DNA of 58,645 bases from positions 1 through 58,645 of the forward strand of contig DATMIH010000170.1 in the NCBI GenBank assembly GCA_035554595.1, given 5' to 3'. The notes beneath the pieces are model-generated. The model saw nothing but the letters and a program-made list of their open reading frames with translations. It searched no databases and was not told where the DNA came from. A program made the position numbers and the translations under genes. This DNA is from Solirubrobacterales bacterium (lineage in GTDB: Bacteria > Actinomycetota > Thermoleophilia > Solirubrobacterales > 70-9). This document shows positions 44,313 to 52,480 of this stretch, piece after piece (the first letter of the stretch is position 1; each line of letters starts with the position of its first letter).

Positions 44313-45631
44313 GCCCAGTCGAGGCGCCGGGCGCTGAAGCCCGAGGCGCTGGTGTCGGCGTTGGCCAGCACCGCGGTGAGGCGCCGGAAGCGCCCGGGGT
44401 GAGCCAGGTGCACGCTCATTGGACCGCCGTTCTGCTTGAAGCTGAGGGTGCTGACGACGTGACCCTGGCGCTCGCTGCCGGTTCTCCCGACCAGGGCGAG
44501 GCCAGCGGCGATCCCGTGCGGTGCCACGGCGTCGACGATGATCGCCCGACCCCCGCGAGCGTGCACGTGGAGCAGCTGGACGGTCGTGTGGTTGAGCGAG
44601 CGGGCGAGGATGCGGCCATCGAGTGGCAGGCTGCCCTGGCGCGAGACATCAGGGTATGAATCGCCCTCGGGGAAGACCGAGTCGGTTCGCCACTCCGGCA
44701 GATCACGGGCGAAGCGGGCGAAGTCACGACTGAAGTCCGAGTTGCCGGCCGCCTCGATCGCCGAGTTGTAGGCCGCAACCGAGAAGCCCCCCGGCCTGGT
44801 GTGCACGGCGCGCGCCCAGGCGTTGCGCACGATCGAGCGCCCGTAGCGGTGGGCCAGCCACTTGTTCCAGACCGCCGAGCCGTACTCCTTGATCGAGTTC
44901 GCGGTCAGCGGCGTGTCGTAGCGCTTGACCCAGCGCCGCACGTAACGCAGGTAGTCGTTGATGCCGTTGTAGACCTCGTCCTCCATCCAGACCGCGCTCG
45001 ACTCGGCGAACCAGGGGTCCTGATAGGCGTCGTAGCCGAACTGGAGGATGTGGTCGTACTCGTGGGCGAGGGTCACCTCGAGGTCGTGCTCGGGCGTGGT
45101 GCCGGGAAACTCGCTCCGGGCGTAGTCGTTGTCGAGTACCAGGTAGCCGTGCAGGTGGCGCGGCAGCCGGTGCCCCTCCGTGCTCTGGCCGCGGTCCGGC
45201 GCCGCGTAGCCGAAGAGCGCGCCGCCGATCTCGTCGAGGTAGATGTCGGTCTTGCCGCGCTCGCCACCCTTGCGACCGTCGGAGCGGGGCTCGCGCCAGC
45301 CGAGCTTGTCGTTCTCGATCGAGTGGACGTGTTCGGCCACCGCCTGTACCCGCTCGACGTAGTCGGGCACGCCGTCACCGTCGCTGTCGGCGAGGCTGGG
45401 GGCGTCGATGCCCTCGGCGACCCAGTGCACGCAGAAGTTGCGCGAGCAGGCGGGCGAGCGCGGCGCCTCGGGCACGGTGTAGGCGTTGCGGTTGGGATCG
45501 GGATGATCAGTCGGCCGGGCGGCCGGGGCGTGGAAGAACCACTGGCTGGCGGCGCTGGCGCCGGCGGGCACGGCAGCGAACACGGCGATAGACGCCAGCG
45601 ACGCTCCTATCAACCGCCAGCGGGACCGCAC
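44261..45631 (-). CDS. Secreted HExxH zinc metalloprotease-like protein
   Basis: Signal peptide (RWRLIGASLASIAVFAAVPAGASA) and HEYDH. Only the 3' ~456 codons of the 927-aa track ORF are used. GTG 45631 chosen (TTG 45640 possible). Confidence 0.6.
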   Translation of the reverse strand: MRSRWRLIGASLASIAVFAAVPAGASAASQWFFHAPAARPTDHPDPNRNAYTVPEAPRSPACSRNFCVHWVAEGIDAPSLADSDGDGVPDYVERVQAVAEHVHSIENDKLGWREPRSDGRKGGERGKTDIYLDEIGGALFGYAAPDRGQSTEGHRLPRHLHGYLVLDNDYARSEFPGTTPEHDLEVTLAHEYDHILQFGYDAYQDPWFAESSAVWMEDEVYNGINDYLRYVRRWVKRYDTPLTANSIKEYGSAVWNKWLAHRYGRSIVRNAWARAVHTRPGGFSVAAYNSAIEAAGNSDFSRDFARFARDLPEWRTDSVFPEGDSYPDVSRQGSLPLDGRILARSLNHTTVQLLHVHARGGRAIIVDAVAPHGIAAGLALVGRTGSERQGHVVSTLSFKQNGGPMSVHLAHPGRFRRLTAVLANADTSASGFSARRLDWAYLTDSAPFRVSARLLP

Positions 45632-45703
45632 GCGCGGCAATCTACAGGCGCGCTCAGCGTCCGGCGGCGATACTTCAGCCTTGATTCCCGCGAGGACATC
45701 GAC

Positions 45704-47371
45704 GTGCGCGTAGCTCTGGCCCAGATCAACCCGACCGTCGGCGACATCGACGGCAACGCGGCCAAGGTCGCCGATTGGATTGGCCGGGCCGAAGCCGAGG
45801 GCGCCGAGCTGACGATCTTTCCCGAGCTCTGCATCCCCGGCTACCCGGCCGAGGACCTCTACTTGAAGCGGCACTTCGTCGCCGCCAATCAGCGCGCGGT
45901 CGAGGATCTGGCTGGCGCTGTCCGCGGCACGACGGCGCTGGTCGGTTTCGCCGAGCCGGTTGCCGGCGGCGGCGACTTTCGCCACGCCCACAACTCGCTC
46001 GCCGTGCTCGCCGACGGCGCCGTGCAGGCCGTCTACCGCAAGAACCGCCTGCCCAACTACTCGGTCTTCGACGAGCAGCGCTACTTCGTCCCGGGCAGTG
46101 AGCCGGAGACGATCGAGCTCGGCGGCACCCGGGTCGGCCTGACTGTCTGCGAGGACGTCTGGACGCCCGGCCCGCCGGCGGAGAGCGAGGCCGCGGAAGG
46201 CGCGGTCTTGATCGCCAATCCCTCGGGCTCGCCCTATCACCGCGGCAAGGGCAGGGAGCGCGAAGTGATGTTCGCGGAGCGAGCCCGTGCCTACGGCGCC
46301 GCCTTCGCCTTCTGCAACCTGGTCGGAGGTCAGGACGAGCTGGTCTTCGACGGCCACAGCCTGATCGTGGACGCCGACGGCGCCGTGCTCGCCCGCGCCG
46401 CCCAGTTCGAGGAGGAGCTGCTGCTCTGCGAGGTCCCATCCCCCGCGCCCGAGGGCCTGCGTGAGCCGCTTTCCGACATCGCCGAGGTCTACGCCGCGCT
46501 GACGCTCGGCCTGCGCGACTACGTGCGCAAGAACGGCTTTCGCCACGTCGGCGTGGCGCTCTCCGGCGGGATCGACTCCGCCCTCGTCGCCCTGCTCGCC
46601 GTCGATGCGCTCGGGCCCGAGAACGTCAGTTGCGTGGTCATGCCCTCGCCGCATTCGAGCCCTGAAACACAACAGGACGCGCGGAATATCGGCGCCAATC
46701 TCGGCGTCGAGCTGCTCGAGATCCCGATCGAGGCGGCGATGGCGGAGTACGAGAGTGCCCTCGCCGGCTCGTTCGGCAACGCGAACGGTGGCTCCGCCGA
46801 GGAGCCGTTGCCGCGCGACCCCGCCAGGCCCTCGGAGCCCGACCTCGCCGCCGAGAACATCCAGGCGCGGATCCGCGGCAACATGATGATGGCGCTCTCC
46901 AACAAGCACGGCTGGCTGGTCCTCACCACCGGCAACAAGAGCGAGATGTCGGTCGGTTACGCGACCCTCTACGGCGACATGGCCGGTGGCTTCGCGGCGA
47001 TCAAGGATGTGCCGAAGACGCTCGTCTACGACCTCGTCCGCCACCGCAACCAGAGCGCTGGGCGCGAGCTGATCCCGGCCTCGGTCCTCGATCGGGCGCC
47101 CTCGGCTGAGCTGCGGCCCGACCAGTTCGACAGTGACTCCCTCCCCCCCTACGAGCTGCTCGACCAGATCCTCGAGTCCTACGTCGAGCGCGACGAAGGC
47201 CGCGAGGAGATGATCGCCGCCGGCCTGCCGGCCGAGGTGGTCGACGAGGTCGTGCGCATGGTCGACCGCTCCGAGTACAAGCGGCGCCAGGCGGCGCCGG
47301 GAATTCGAATCACGCCGAAGGCCTTCGGGCGGGACAGACGCCTGCCGATCACGAACCGCTTCGGCGGTTAG
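45704..47371 (+). CDS. nadE: Glutamine-dependent NAD+ synthetase (CN-hydrolase + NAD synthetase domains)
   Basis: Nitrilase-type triad context (FPELCIPGY, CEDVW) and the PP-loop SGGIDS. The GTG 45704 start gives VRVALAQINP. Confidence 0.9.
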   Translation: MRVALAQINPTVGDIDGNAAKVADWIGRAEAEGAELTIFPELCIPGYPAEDLYLKRHFVAANQRAVEDLAGAVRGTTALVGFAEPVAGGGDFRHAHNSLAVLADGAVQAVYRKNRLPNYSVFDEQRYFVPGSEPETIELGGTRVGLTVCEDVWTPGPPAESEAAEGAVLIANPSGSPYHRGKGREREVMFAERARAYGAAFAFCNLVGGQDELVFDGHSLIVDADGAVLARAAQFEEELLLCEVPSPAPEGLREPLSDIAEVYAALTLGLRDYVRKNGFRHVGVALSGGIDSALVALLAVDALGPENVSCVVMPSPHSSPETQQDARNIGANLGVELLEIPIEAAMAEYESALAGSFGNANGGSAEEPLPRDPARPSEPDLAAENIQARIRGNMMMALSNKHGWLVLTTGNKSEMSVGYATLYGDMAGGFAAIKDVPKTLVYDLVRHRNQSAGRELIPASVLDRAPSAELRPDQFDSDSLPPYELLDQILESYVERDEGREEMIAAGLPAEVVDEVVRMVDRSEYKRRQAAPGIRITPKAFGRDRRLPITNRFGG

Positions 47372-47799
47372 TCGCGCTGCGGGATCGGCCGCACCGCGAT
47401 CGTCATCTGGGCGAGGGCGCAGAGACGATCCTCGGCATCGTGGACCTCGGCTTCCCAGATCCAGGTGGTCCGGCCACGGTGGCGGGCCTTGGCTTTGACT
47501 TCCGCGTGCCCCTGGGTAACTGGCCGAATGAAGTTGACGCTGATCGACTGGCCCATCGCCATCATCCCGTCGCCCATCACGGCGAGGGCTGTGGCGCGGG
47601 AGCAGACGCTCTCGACCAAGCTCGAGATCACGCCGCCGTGCAGGAGGCCGACGGGCTGGCGCAGCTCATCTCGCAGCGGCAGGCGCACGCGGGCATGGTC
47701 GGGGTCATCGTCAAGCCACTCCGTGCCCAGCAGGGCGTCGAAATGGGAAAGCAGGCCGCGCGGGTCGTCGCTCATCGCCGCCAGCTTAACCTCAGGCAC
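47368..47799 (-). CDS. PaaI-family hotdog thioesterase
   Basis: GLLHGGVISSLVES motif. About 140 aa. Confidence 0.75.
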   Translation of the reverse strand: MPEVKLAAMSDDPRGLLSHFDALLGTEWLDDDPDHARVRLPLRDELRQPVGLLHGGVISSLVESVCSRATALAVMGDGMMAMGQSISVNFIRPVTQGHAEVKAKARHRGRTTWIWEAEVHDAEDRLCALAQMTIAVRPIPQRD

Positions 47800-47837
47800 G
47801 CCCTTGCCGAGAGCCGCTCGCGTAGGCTTCCCGATCG

Positions 47838-48785
47838 GTGGGGTTGACCGACGACCAGAAGGCGATGCTTCGTCTCCTCGCGCAGCGCGAGGAGGGCTAC
47901 GACGACATGGCGGCGTTGATGGGAATCAGCGTCGAGGAAGTGCGTGAGCGGGTCAAAGAGGCGCTGGCCGAGGTCGAGGAGCCGCCGGTTTCTGAGACGC
48001 AGCCTGAGCCTCCCGTCGCGCCCACTCCCCCACCGCCTTCCGCGCCAGCGCCCCCCGCGGTAGCAGAGCCTCCACCGACACCCGCGGCTGAGGAGCCGGC
48101 GCCGACTCCGCCCGCCCCGGCAAAACCGGCTGGCGAGTCAGGCTCCAAGTCTGCGACGACCAAAAAGCGCTCTGCCGAGATTCCCAGCCTCAAAGTCCCC
48201 AAAGACCGCGGCGCCCTGATCGGTCTCGGCGCCGGTGCGCTGGTTGTGATCGCGCTCGTGATCGTTTTGATCGTCGGCGGTGACGGCGGCGGCTCGAGCT
48301 CATCGGGCACCACTTCCGGCGAAGCGAGCCTGGCGGAAAACGCCAGTGCGGCGGCGGAAAACAAAAACTTGACCCAGGCGGTTCTCAGTGCCGATGACGG
48401 CAGCGATGCGAGCGGCCAGGCGATCTTCGGGCGCTTCAAGAAAAAGGTCCTGCTGCAGGTGACGGGCGAAGGGCTCGAACCGTCGAACAGCGGTGAGTCC
48501 TACGCGGTCTGGCTCTCGCACTCGGGCCAGGCGATGGTGCCGGTTGGCACCGTCAAGGTCAAAGACTCCGGCCAGCTTGCCGCCCGCTTCGAAGTGCCGC
48601 CGACGGTGCTGGTCCTGGTGGCGCGCGGCGCCTTCGATGAGATTCAGGTGACCCGCACCTCCGACAGCGCGCTCAGCGCCGCGATCGCCAAGGCACGCAA
48701 AACCAAGAAGGAATCCGCCTACACTGGCACCCCGGTGCTGAGCGGCAAGATCACCGGGCCGTTGGTCGGCGCCGGCGGCAAATAG
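47838..48785 (+). CDS. Single-pass membrane protein: N-terminal sigma-70 region-4-like HTH, Pro-rich linker, TM, extracytoplasmic RskA-like domain
   Basis: LTDDQKAMLRLL..YDDMAALMGISVEEVRERV HTH-like segment, PxP-rich linker, TM (LIGLGAGALVVIALVIVLIV), and a beta-rich C-terminal domain. Confidence 0.5.
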   Translation: MGLTDDQKAMLRLLAQREEGYDDMAALMGISVEEVRERVKEALAEVEEPPVSETQPEPPVAPTPPPPSAPAPPAVAEPPPTPAAEEPAPTPPAPAKPAGESGSKSATTKKRSAEIPSLKVPKDRGALIGLGAGALVVIALVIVLIVGGDGGGSSSSGTTSGEASLAENASAAAENKNLTQAVLSADDGSDASGQAIFGRFKKKVLLQVTGEGLEPSNSGESYAVWLSHSGQAMVPVGTVKVKDSGQLAARFEVPPTVLVLVARGAFDEIQVTRTSDSALSAAIAKARKTKKESAYTGTPVLSGKITGPLVGAGGK

Positions 48786-48792
48786 CACTCGC

Positions 48793-48883
48793 CTGAGTCG
48801 GCCAAGCAGATCAAGACCGCAGGGAGCGTGGCGTGCTCTGCACGCGAGCGACTGAGGACGCAGAGATGCGCCGGTCGAATCAG
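48793..48883. repeat. Conserved hairpin-embedded intergenic element, copy B (first copy at 14947-15048)
   Basis: The core at 48818-48863 matches 14977-15023, apart from a 1-nt shorter loop with one substitution (TCT vs TTTT). The flanks share CAAGCAG and TGCGCCGG and pair imperfectly. Confidence 0.8.
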
Positions 48884-50505
48884 ACGAGGAGCTTGCCGGG
48901 GTTCATGATCCCGGCTGGATCCAGTTGTTGCTTGACCGCACGCAGCACGTCGAGGCCCGTGCGGCCAACCTCGGCCTCCATGTAGGGAGCGTGATCGCGA
49001 CCGACAGCGTGGTGGTGGGTGATCGTGCCTCCGGCGGCGACGATGGCCTCGCTGGCGGCCCGCTTGACCTGGCGCCACTGCTCTACCTCGGCCCCCTCGC
49101 GCGAGCGCGAGATGAAAGTGAAGTAGAGCGAGGCTCCGTCGGCGTAGGCGTGTGAGAGGTGGCAGAAGACCAGGCCCGGTGTTCCCTGCCCGGCTAGGGA
49201 GTCGCGAATCGCGCCGCTAACGGCAGTGTGAAGCCCGGCCAGCTCGGTCCAGGTATGCGAGGTCTCTAGCGTCTCGACCATCGCCCCCATGCCGATCAGG
49301 GTGTCGCGCAGGTACGGGCCCTGGTAGCGGCCGTGCTCCCAGGAACGCCCGGCCGACCGCCCCAGGTAGACGCCGCCGCCGCGGTGCAGCTCGCGCACGC
49401 TCAGCGCCCGCCGCCTGGCGACCGACTCCTCCTCGCCCTCGAGGCCGACGACGATCAGCGAGCCGCCACGGCGGCGGCGCAGGCCCAGGTAGCCGCCAAA
49501 GAGATTGCCAGCGAGGCCGCGGGGGCCCGAGAGCGCCAACGAGACCTCGGTCTCTTCCTCGTCGGAGACGCGGATCACGTCGGGAAGGCCGGGCCCCTGC
49601 GCCAGCGCCCGCACGATCTCCGCCCCCGCCTCGAAGCTCTCCGCCATCCAGGCCTCGTAGCGACGCTGCCGGGGCTCTGGTCGCACCCGCACGGTCACAT
49701 CAGGAATCACGCCGAAGATGCCCTCGGAACCGATCACGAGCTCGCGCAGCGCCGGGCCAGCTGCCGTGTGTGGCGTCGCCAGCGTCTCCAGGTCGCCCGC
49801 GGGCGCGACCAAGCGCACCGAGCTGACCAGCGAGTCGAAGCGCCCATAGCCGCTCGATGCCTGGCCGGCCGAACGGGTCGCAGCGAAGCCGCCGATCGTG
49901 GCGTACTCGAAGGACTGCGGGTAGTGACCGAGCACCAGGCCGTGCTTGCCCAGCTCGACTTCGGCCTCAGGGCCGCGCAGGCCGGCACCGAGACGGGCGG
50001 TAAGCGAGCGGCGGTCGACCTCGACCGTGCGCAGCCGCGTCAGGTCGAGGCTGATCAGGCGCTCGTGGCTTTCGCGCAGCGGCTCGACCCCGCCGACCAC
50101 GCTTGTGCCGCCGCCGAACGGGACAACCGCAACGCCTTCCGTCGCGCACAGCTCCAGAACGCGTTTCACCCCGGCCGCGTCGGCCGGGAGAAGCACAGCG
50201 TCCGGCGCGGCATCGAGCTTGCCCGAGCGCAGGCGGGCGAGATCCACGTATCCGCAACCCGTCGCGTGGCGCAGGCGGTCCTCTGCTCCAGAGAAGACGT
50301 TCTCCTCCCCAACGGCTTCGATCAGTGCGGGTGGCAGAGCCTGGGCCGGCGGCAAATCGAAACCAGCGAGCTCTGGGAGAGGCGATGTCGGTCGCAACTC
50401 GCCGATCCGCCCGCGCAGCGTCTCCAGCGCCGGCCCGTCGAGCTCAGGCGTAATCGTGGGATCCCCCCACCCCCACCACTTCGAGTCTCGTCGCGGGCCG
50501 CTCAC
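48880..50505 (-). CDS. FAD-linked oxidase, alkyl-dihydroxyacetonephosphate synthase-like
   Basis: N-terminal KWWGWG, FAD-binding PFGGGTSVVGG, and a C-terminal HHHAVGRDH motif. Confidence 0.75.
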   Translation of the reverse strand: MSGPRRDSKWWGWGDPTITPELDGPALETLRGRIGELRPTSPLPELAGFDLPPAQALPPALIEAVGEENVFSGAEDRLRHATGCGYVDLARLRSGKLDAAPDAVLLPADAAGVKRVLELCATEGVAVVPFGGGTSVVGGVEPLRESHERLISLDLTRLRTVEVDRRSLTARLGAGLRGPEAEVELGKHGLVLGHYPQSFEYATIGGFAATRSAGQASSGYGRFDSLVSSVRLVAPAGDLETLATPHTAAGPALRELVIGSEGIFGVIPDVTVRVRPEPRQRRYEAWMAESFEAGAEIVRALAQGPGLPDVIRVSDEEETEVSLALSGPRGLAGNLFGGYLGLRRRRGGSLIVVGLEGEEESVARRRALSVRELHRGGGVYLGRSAGRSWEHGRYQGPYLRDTLIGMGAMVETLETSHTWTELAGLHTAVSGAIRDSLAGQGTPGLVFCHLSHAYADGASLYFTFISRSREGAEVEQWRQVKRAASEAIVAAGGTITHHHAVGRDHAPYMEAEVGRTGLDVLRAVKQQLDPAGIMNPGKLLV

Positions 50506-50948
50506 GTCAGCGCTCGTTCGAGTCCGTCAAGAGCTTCATCCAGCAGCGCTCCCTGCCCTCGCCGCATCATCGGCGAGCCCAGGCGCGAGAGCCCGCGCAG
50601 CGTTTGGGTCGCCGCCAGTGTCACCGCCGTGTTGTCCCCTTCGTCGCTCAAGGACACCTCGACGTCGTAGCGGCGCAGGTGGCGCTCGAACGGCGTGCCC
50701 GGGATCAGCTGTTCCCAGCCGAAGCGTTCCCCGTCGACGCTCCCGATACAGCGAAAGTCAGCGCGTACGCCCCGCCCCTCTGCGGTCCCCAGAACCTTGG
50801 TCCATTGCAGATCGGCTCCCTCCCCCTCAACGCTCTCGACTCGCATCGTCCGCGGCCACCAGCGCGCCAGTCCGTACGGATCGGAGACCAACTCCCAGAC
50901 CATGGCTTTTGGCGCTCCAACGCTGCGCCGGCGCGTTACCCGTGGCAT
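50502..50948 (-). CDS. SRPBCC (START/polyketide cyclase-like) ligand-binding protein
   Basis: Typical size (~148 aa) and the WELVSDPYGLARWWP N-terminal pattern. 4-nt overlap with the downstream oxidase. Confidence 0.65.
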   Translation of the reverse strand: MPRVTRRRSVGAPKAMVWELVSDPYGLARWWPRTMRVESVEGEGADLQWTKVLGTAEGRGVRADFRCIGSVDGERFGWEQLIPGTPFERHLRRYDVEVSLSDEGDNTAVTLAATQTLRGLSRLGSPMMRRGQGALLDEALDGLERALT

Positions 50949-50968
50949 CGCTGCGCTCCTAGACCGGT

Positions 50969-51712
50969 CTAGTCGCCCGCGAGTCTGCGGAGGTCTCGTA
51001 CGAGCAGCAAATGCTTGAGGTGGCTCACCGTCGCCGCCAGGCTCTCCAGGCTCTCCAGCGCCTCCTTGCGGCGGTCCGGGTTGCGCGAGCGCAGTGAGGG
51101 GCCGAGCAGCGCTTCCAGCAGGTTGGCCTCGCGGTCGGCCGAGGAGCGGAAGACGCGCAGGTTGCGGGCGGCGACGCCGACCCGCGAGAGCTCGTTGGCC
51201 GAGCGCACCACTTCGCGGTCGGTCTCGTCGTAAACCGTCTTCCCGTCGCGTTTCTCGGGCTGGACGATGCCGAAATTTTCCAGTTCGGCGATCAGCTCCT
51301 CGCGCGCGCCGGTCTCCTCGATCACCTCGTCGAGGGTCAGGTAGGCGCGCGAGGTGTTGACCAGGATCGCCCGTCGCACGGCCCCGCTGGAGGGTCGCTT
51401 CTCGCTGCTGCCGCCGGCCGGAACGAAGTCGCCGCCGGCCGCCAGCTCCTGGCGGATCACCCGCAGCGGCAGGAACTCGTCGCGCTGCAGGCGCAGGATC
51501 GTGCGTAGACGTTCGACATCGGACTGGCTGTAGAGGCGGTAGCCGCCGGCCGTGCGCCGCGGCGTCAAGAGCTTTTGGTCCTCGAGGTAGCGGATCTTCG
51601 AGATCGAGACGTCGTCGAACTCGCTCTGCAGGATCTTGCAGACGGCGCCGATCGTTAGCGCCTTGCGCGGGCGCGAGTCACGCGGGCGGGTCTGTTGCTC
51701 GGAGACGGCCAT
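50969..51712 (-). CDS. MerR-family transcriptional regulator (FtsR / Rv1828-like)
   Basis: MerR HTH (LTIGAVCKIL...ISKIRYLEDQKLLTPRRTAGGYRLYS). Directly downstream of the FHA protein, as in actinobacterial garA/odhI-merR synteny. Confidence 0.8.
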   Translation of the reverse strand: MAVSEQQTRPRDSRPRKALTIGAVCKILQSEFDDVSISKIRYLEDQKLLTPRRTAGGYRLYSQSDVERLRTILRLQRDEFLPLRVIRQELAAGGDFVPAGGSSEKRPSSGAVRRAILVNTSRAYLTLDEVIEETGAREELIAELENFGIVQPEKRDGKTVYDETDREVVRSANELSRVGVAARNLRVFRSSADREANLLEALLGPSLRSRNPDRRKEALESLESLAATVSHLKHLLLVRDLRRLAGD

Positions 51713-51715
51713 CGC

Positions 51716-52201
51716 CTACTTCTCCAGGTAGCTGAGCTTGTACTTGCCGACCTGGATCTCGTCGCCGTCGGCGAGGCGGTGGGACTCGATCCGGCGGCGG
51801 TTGACGTAGGTGCCGTTGAGCGAGCCAAGGTCATCGATGTAGAGGCCGTCGCGGCGGCGGACCAACAGCGCGTGGTTGCGCGAGACCGTGACATCGTCGA
51901 GGAAGACCCCGGCGTCGGGGCTGCGGCCGATGCTGACCCGGTCCTCGGCCAGCGGAAAGCTCTCGCCGGCGCGCCCGCCGCCGGCGCGGATCACCAGCGC
52001 GGCGCCGCTTCGCTCGACCGTCTCGTCGATATCAACCGGCTGCATCTCGCCGGTGTCATCGACGGTGTAGGTCATCGTCGTCGGTTCGTCGCCCCCGCCT
52101 CCATCGCCCTCGGCGGGGCCGCCGACGAAGGCGCCGCACTTCTGGCAGTAATTAGCGCCCTCGGGGTTGACGAACCCACATTCGGGACAGTGGACGGCCA
52201 T
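51716..52201 (-). CDS. Zinc-ribbon + FHA domain protein (GarA/OdhI-like position)
   Basis: CPECG..CQKCG ribbon, a Thr-rich linker (EPTTMTYTVDDTGE), and an FHA core (IGRS...D..VSRNHA...DLGSLNGTYVN). Confidence 0.8.
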   Translation of the reverse strand: MAVHCPECGFVNPEGANYCQKCGAFVGGPAEGDGGGGDEPTTMTYTVDDTGEMQPVDIDETVERSGAALVIRAGGGRAGESFPLAEDRVSIGRSPDAGVFLDDVTVSRNHALLVRRRDGLYIDDLGSLNGTYVNRRRIESHRLADGDEIQVGKYKLSYLEK

Positions 52202-52213
52202 CGCGAGCTCCGC

Positions 52214-52480
52214 TCAGGCGGCGGAGTCGTCCTCTGAAGAGGGCTGTTTGCCGGCGAGGATCTCGGTCAGCTGCGCAACGTCGTCACCGGAGAAGAGCGA
52301 CTCGCCCTGCTCACGCTTCTGTCGCAGCCGGTTGACCAGCTCCGCTCGCAAGATGTCGATCTTGCCGTGCAGAGTGCGGCGCTTATAGGAGATCTCGTTC
52401 TCCTCCTCGGTGAGCTTGTCGATCAGGTCCTTAAGTTCCTCATCGCTGAGCGAACCAAGATCGGGAAAGGTGTCCTCCAT
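52214..52480 (-). CDS. Small helical protein with a single RsiG-type c-di-GMP-binding motif (candidate RsiG-family anti-sigma)
   Basis: ATG 52480 is preceded by AAGGAG. The sequence LSDEELKDLIDKLTEEENEISYKRRTLHGKIDILRAEL contains E27-x3-S31-x2-R34-x3-H38-x3-D42. Confidence 0.55.
   Translation of the reverse strand: MEDTFPDLGSLSDEELKDLIDKLTEEENEISYKRRTLHGKIDILRAELVNRLRQKREQGESLFSGDDVAQLTEILAGKQPSSEDDSAA

Noticed and set aside
44801-45703. 5' extension of the nadE ORF (track start 44801)
   Set aside because: The extension is antisense to the metalloprotease gene and has no homology. The NadE CN-hydrolase domain begins at VRVALAQINP (GTG 45704).
44261-47044. 927-aa minus-strand ORF as a single giant gene
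   Set aside because: Its 5' two-thirds is antisense to the well-supported nadE gene and has Arg/Gly/Ala/Asp-rich junk composition. Only the 3' ~456 codons (signal peptide onward) look like a real protein.
49333-50962. Two long plus-strand ORFs (445 and 338 aa) opposite the FAD oxidase/SRPBCC genes
   Set aside because: They are Arg/Ala/Pro/Ser-rich shadow ORFs. The minus-strand genes carry the recognisable FAD-binding and START-like features.
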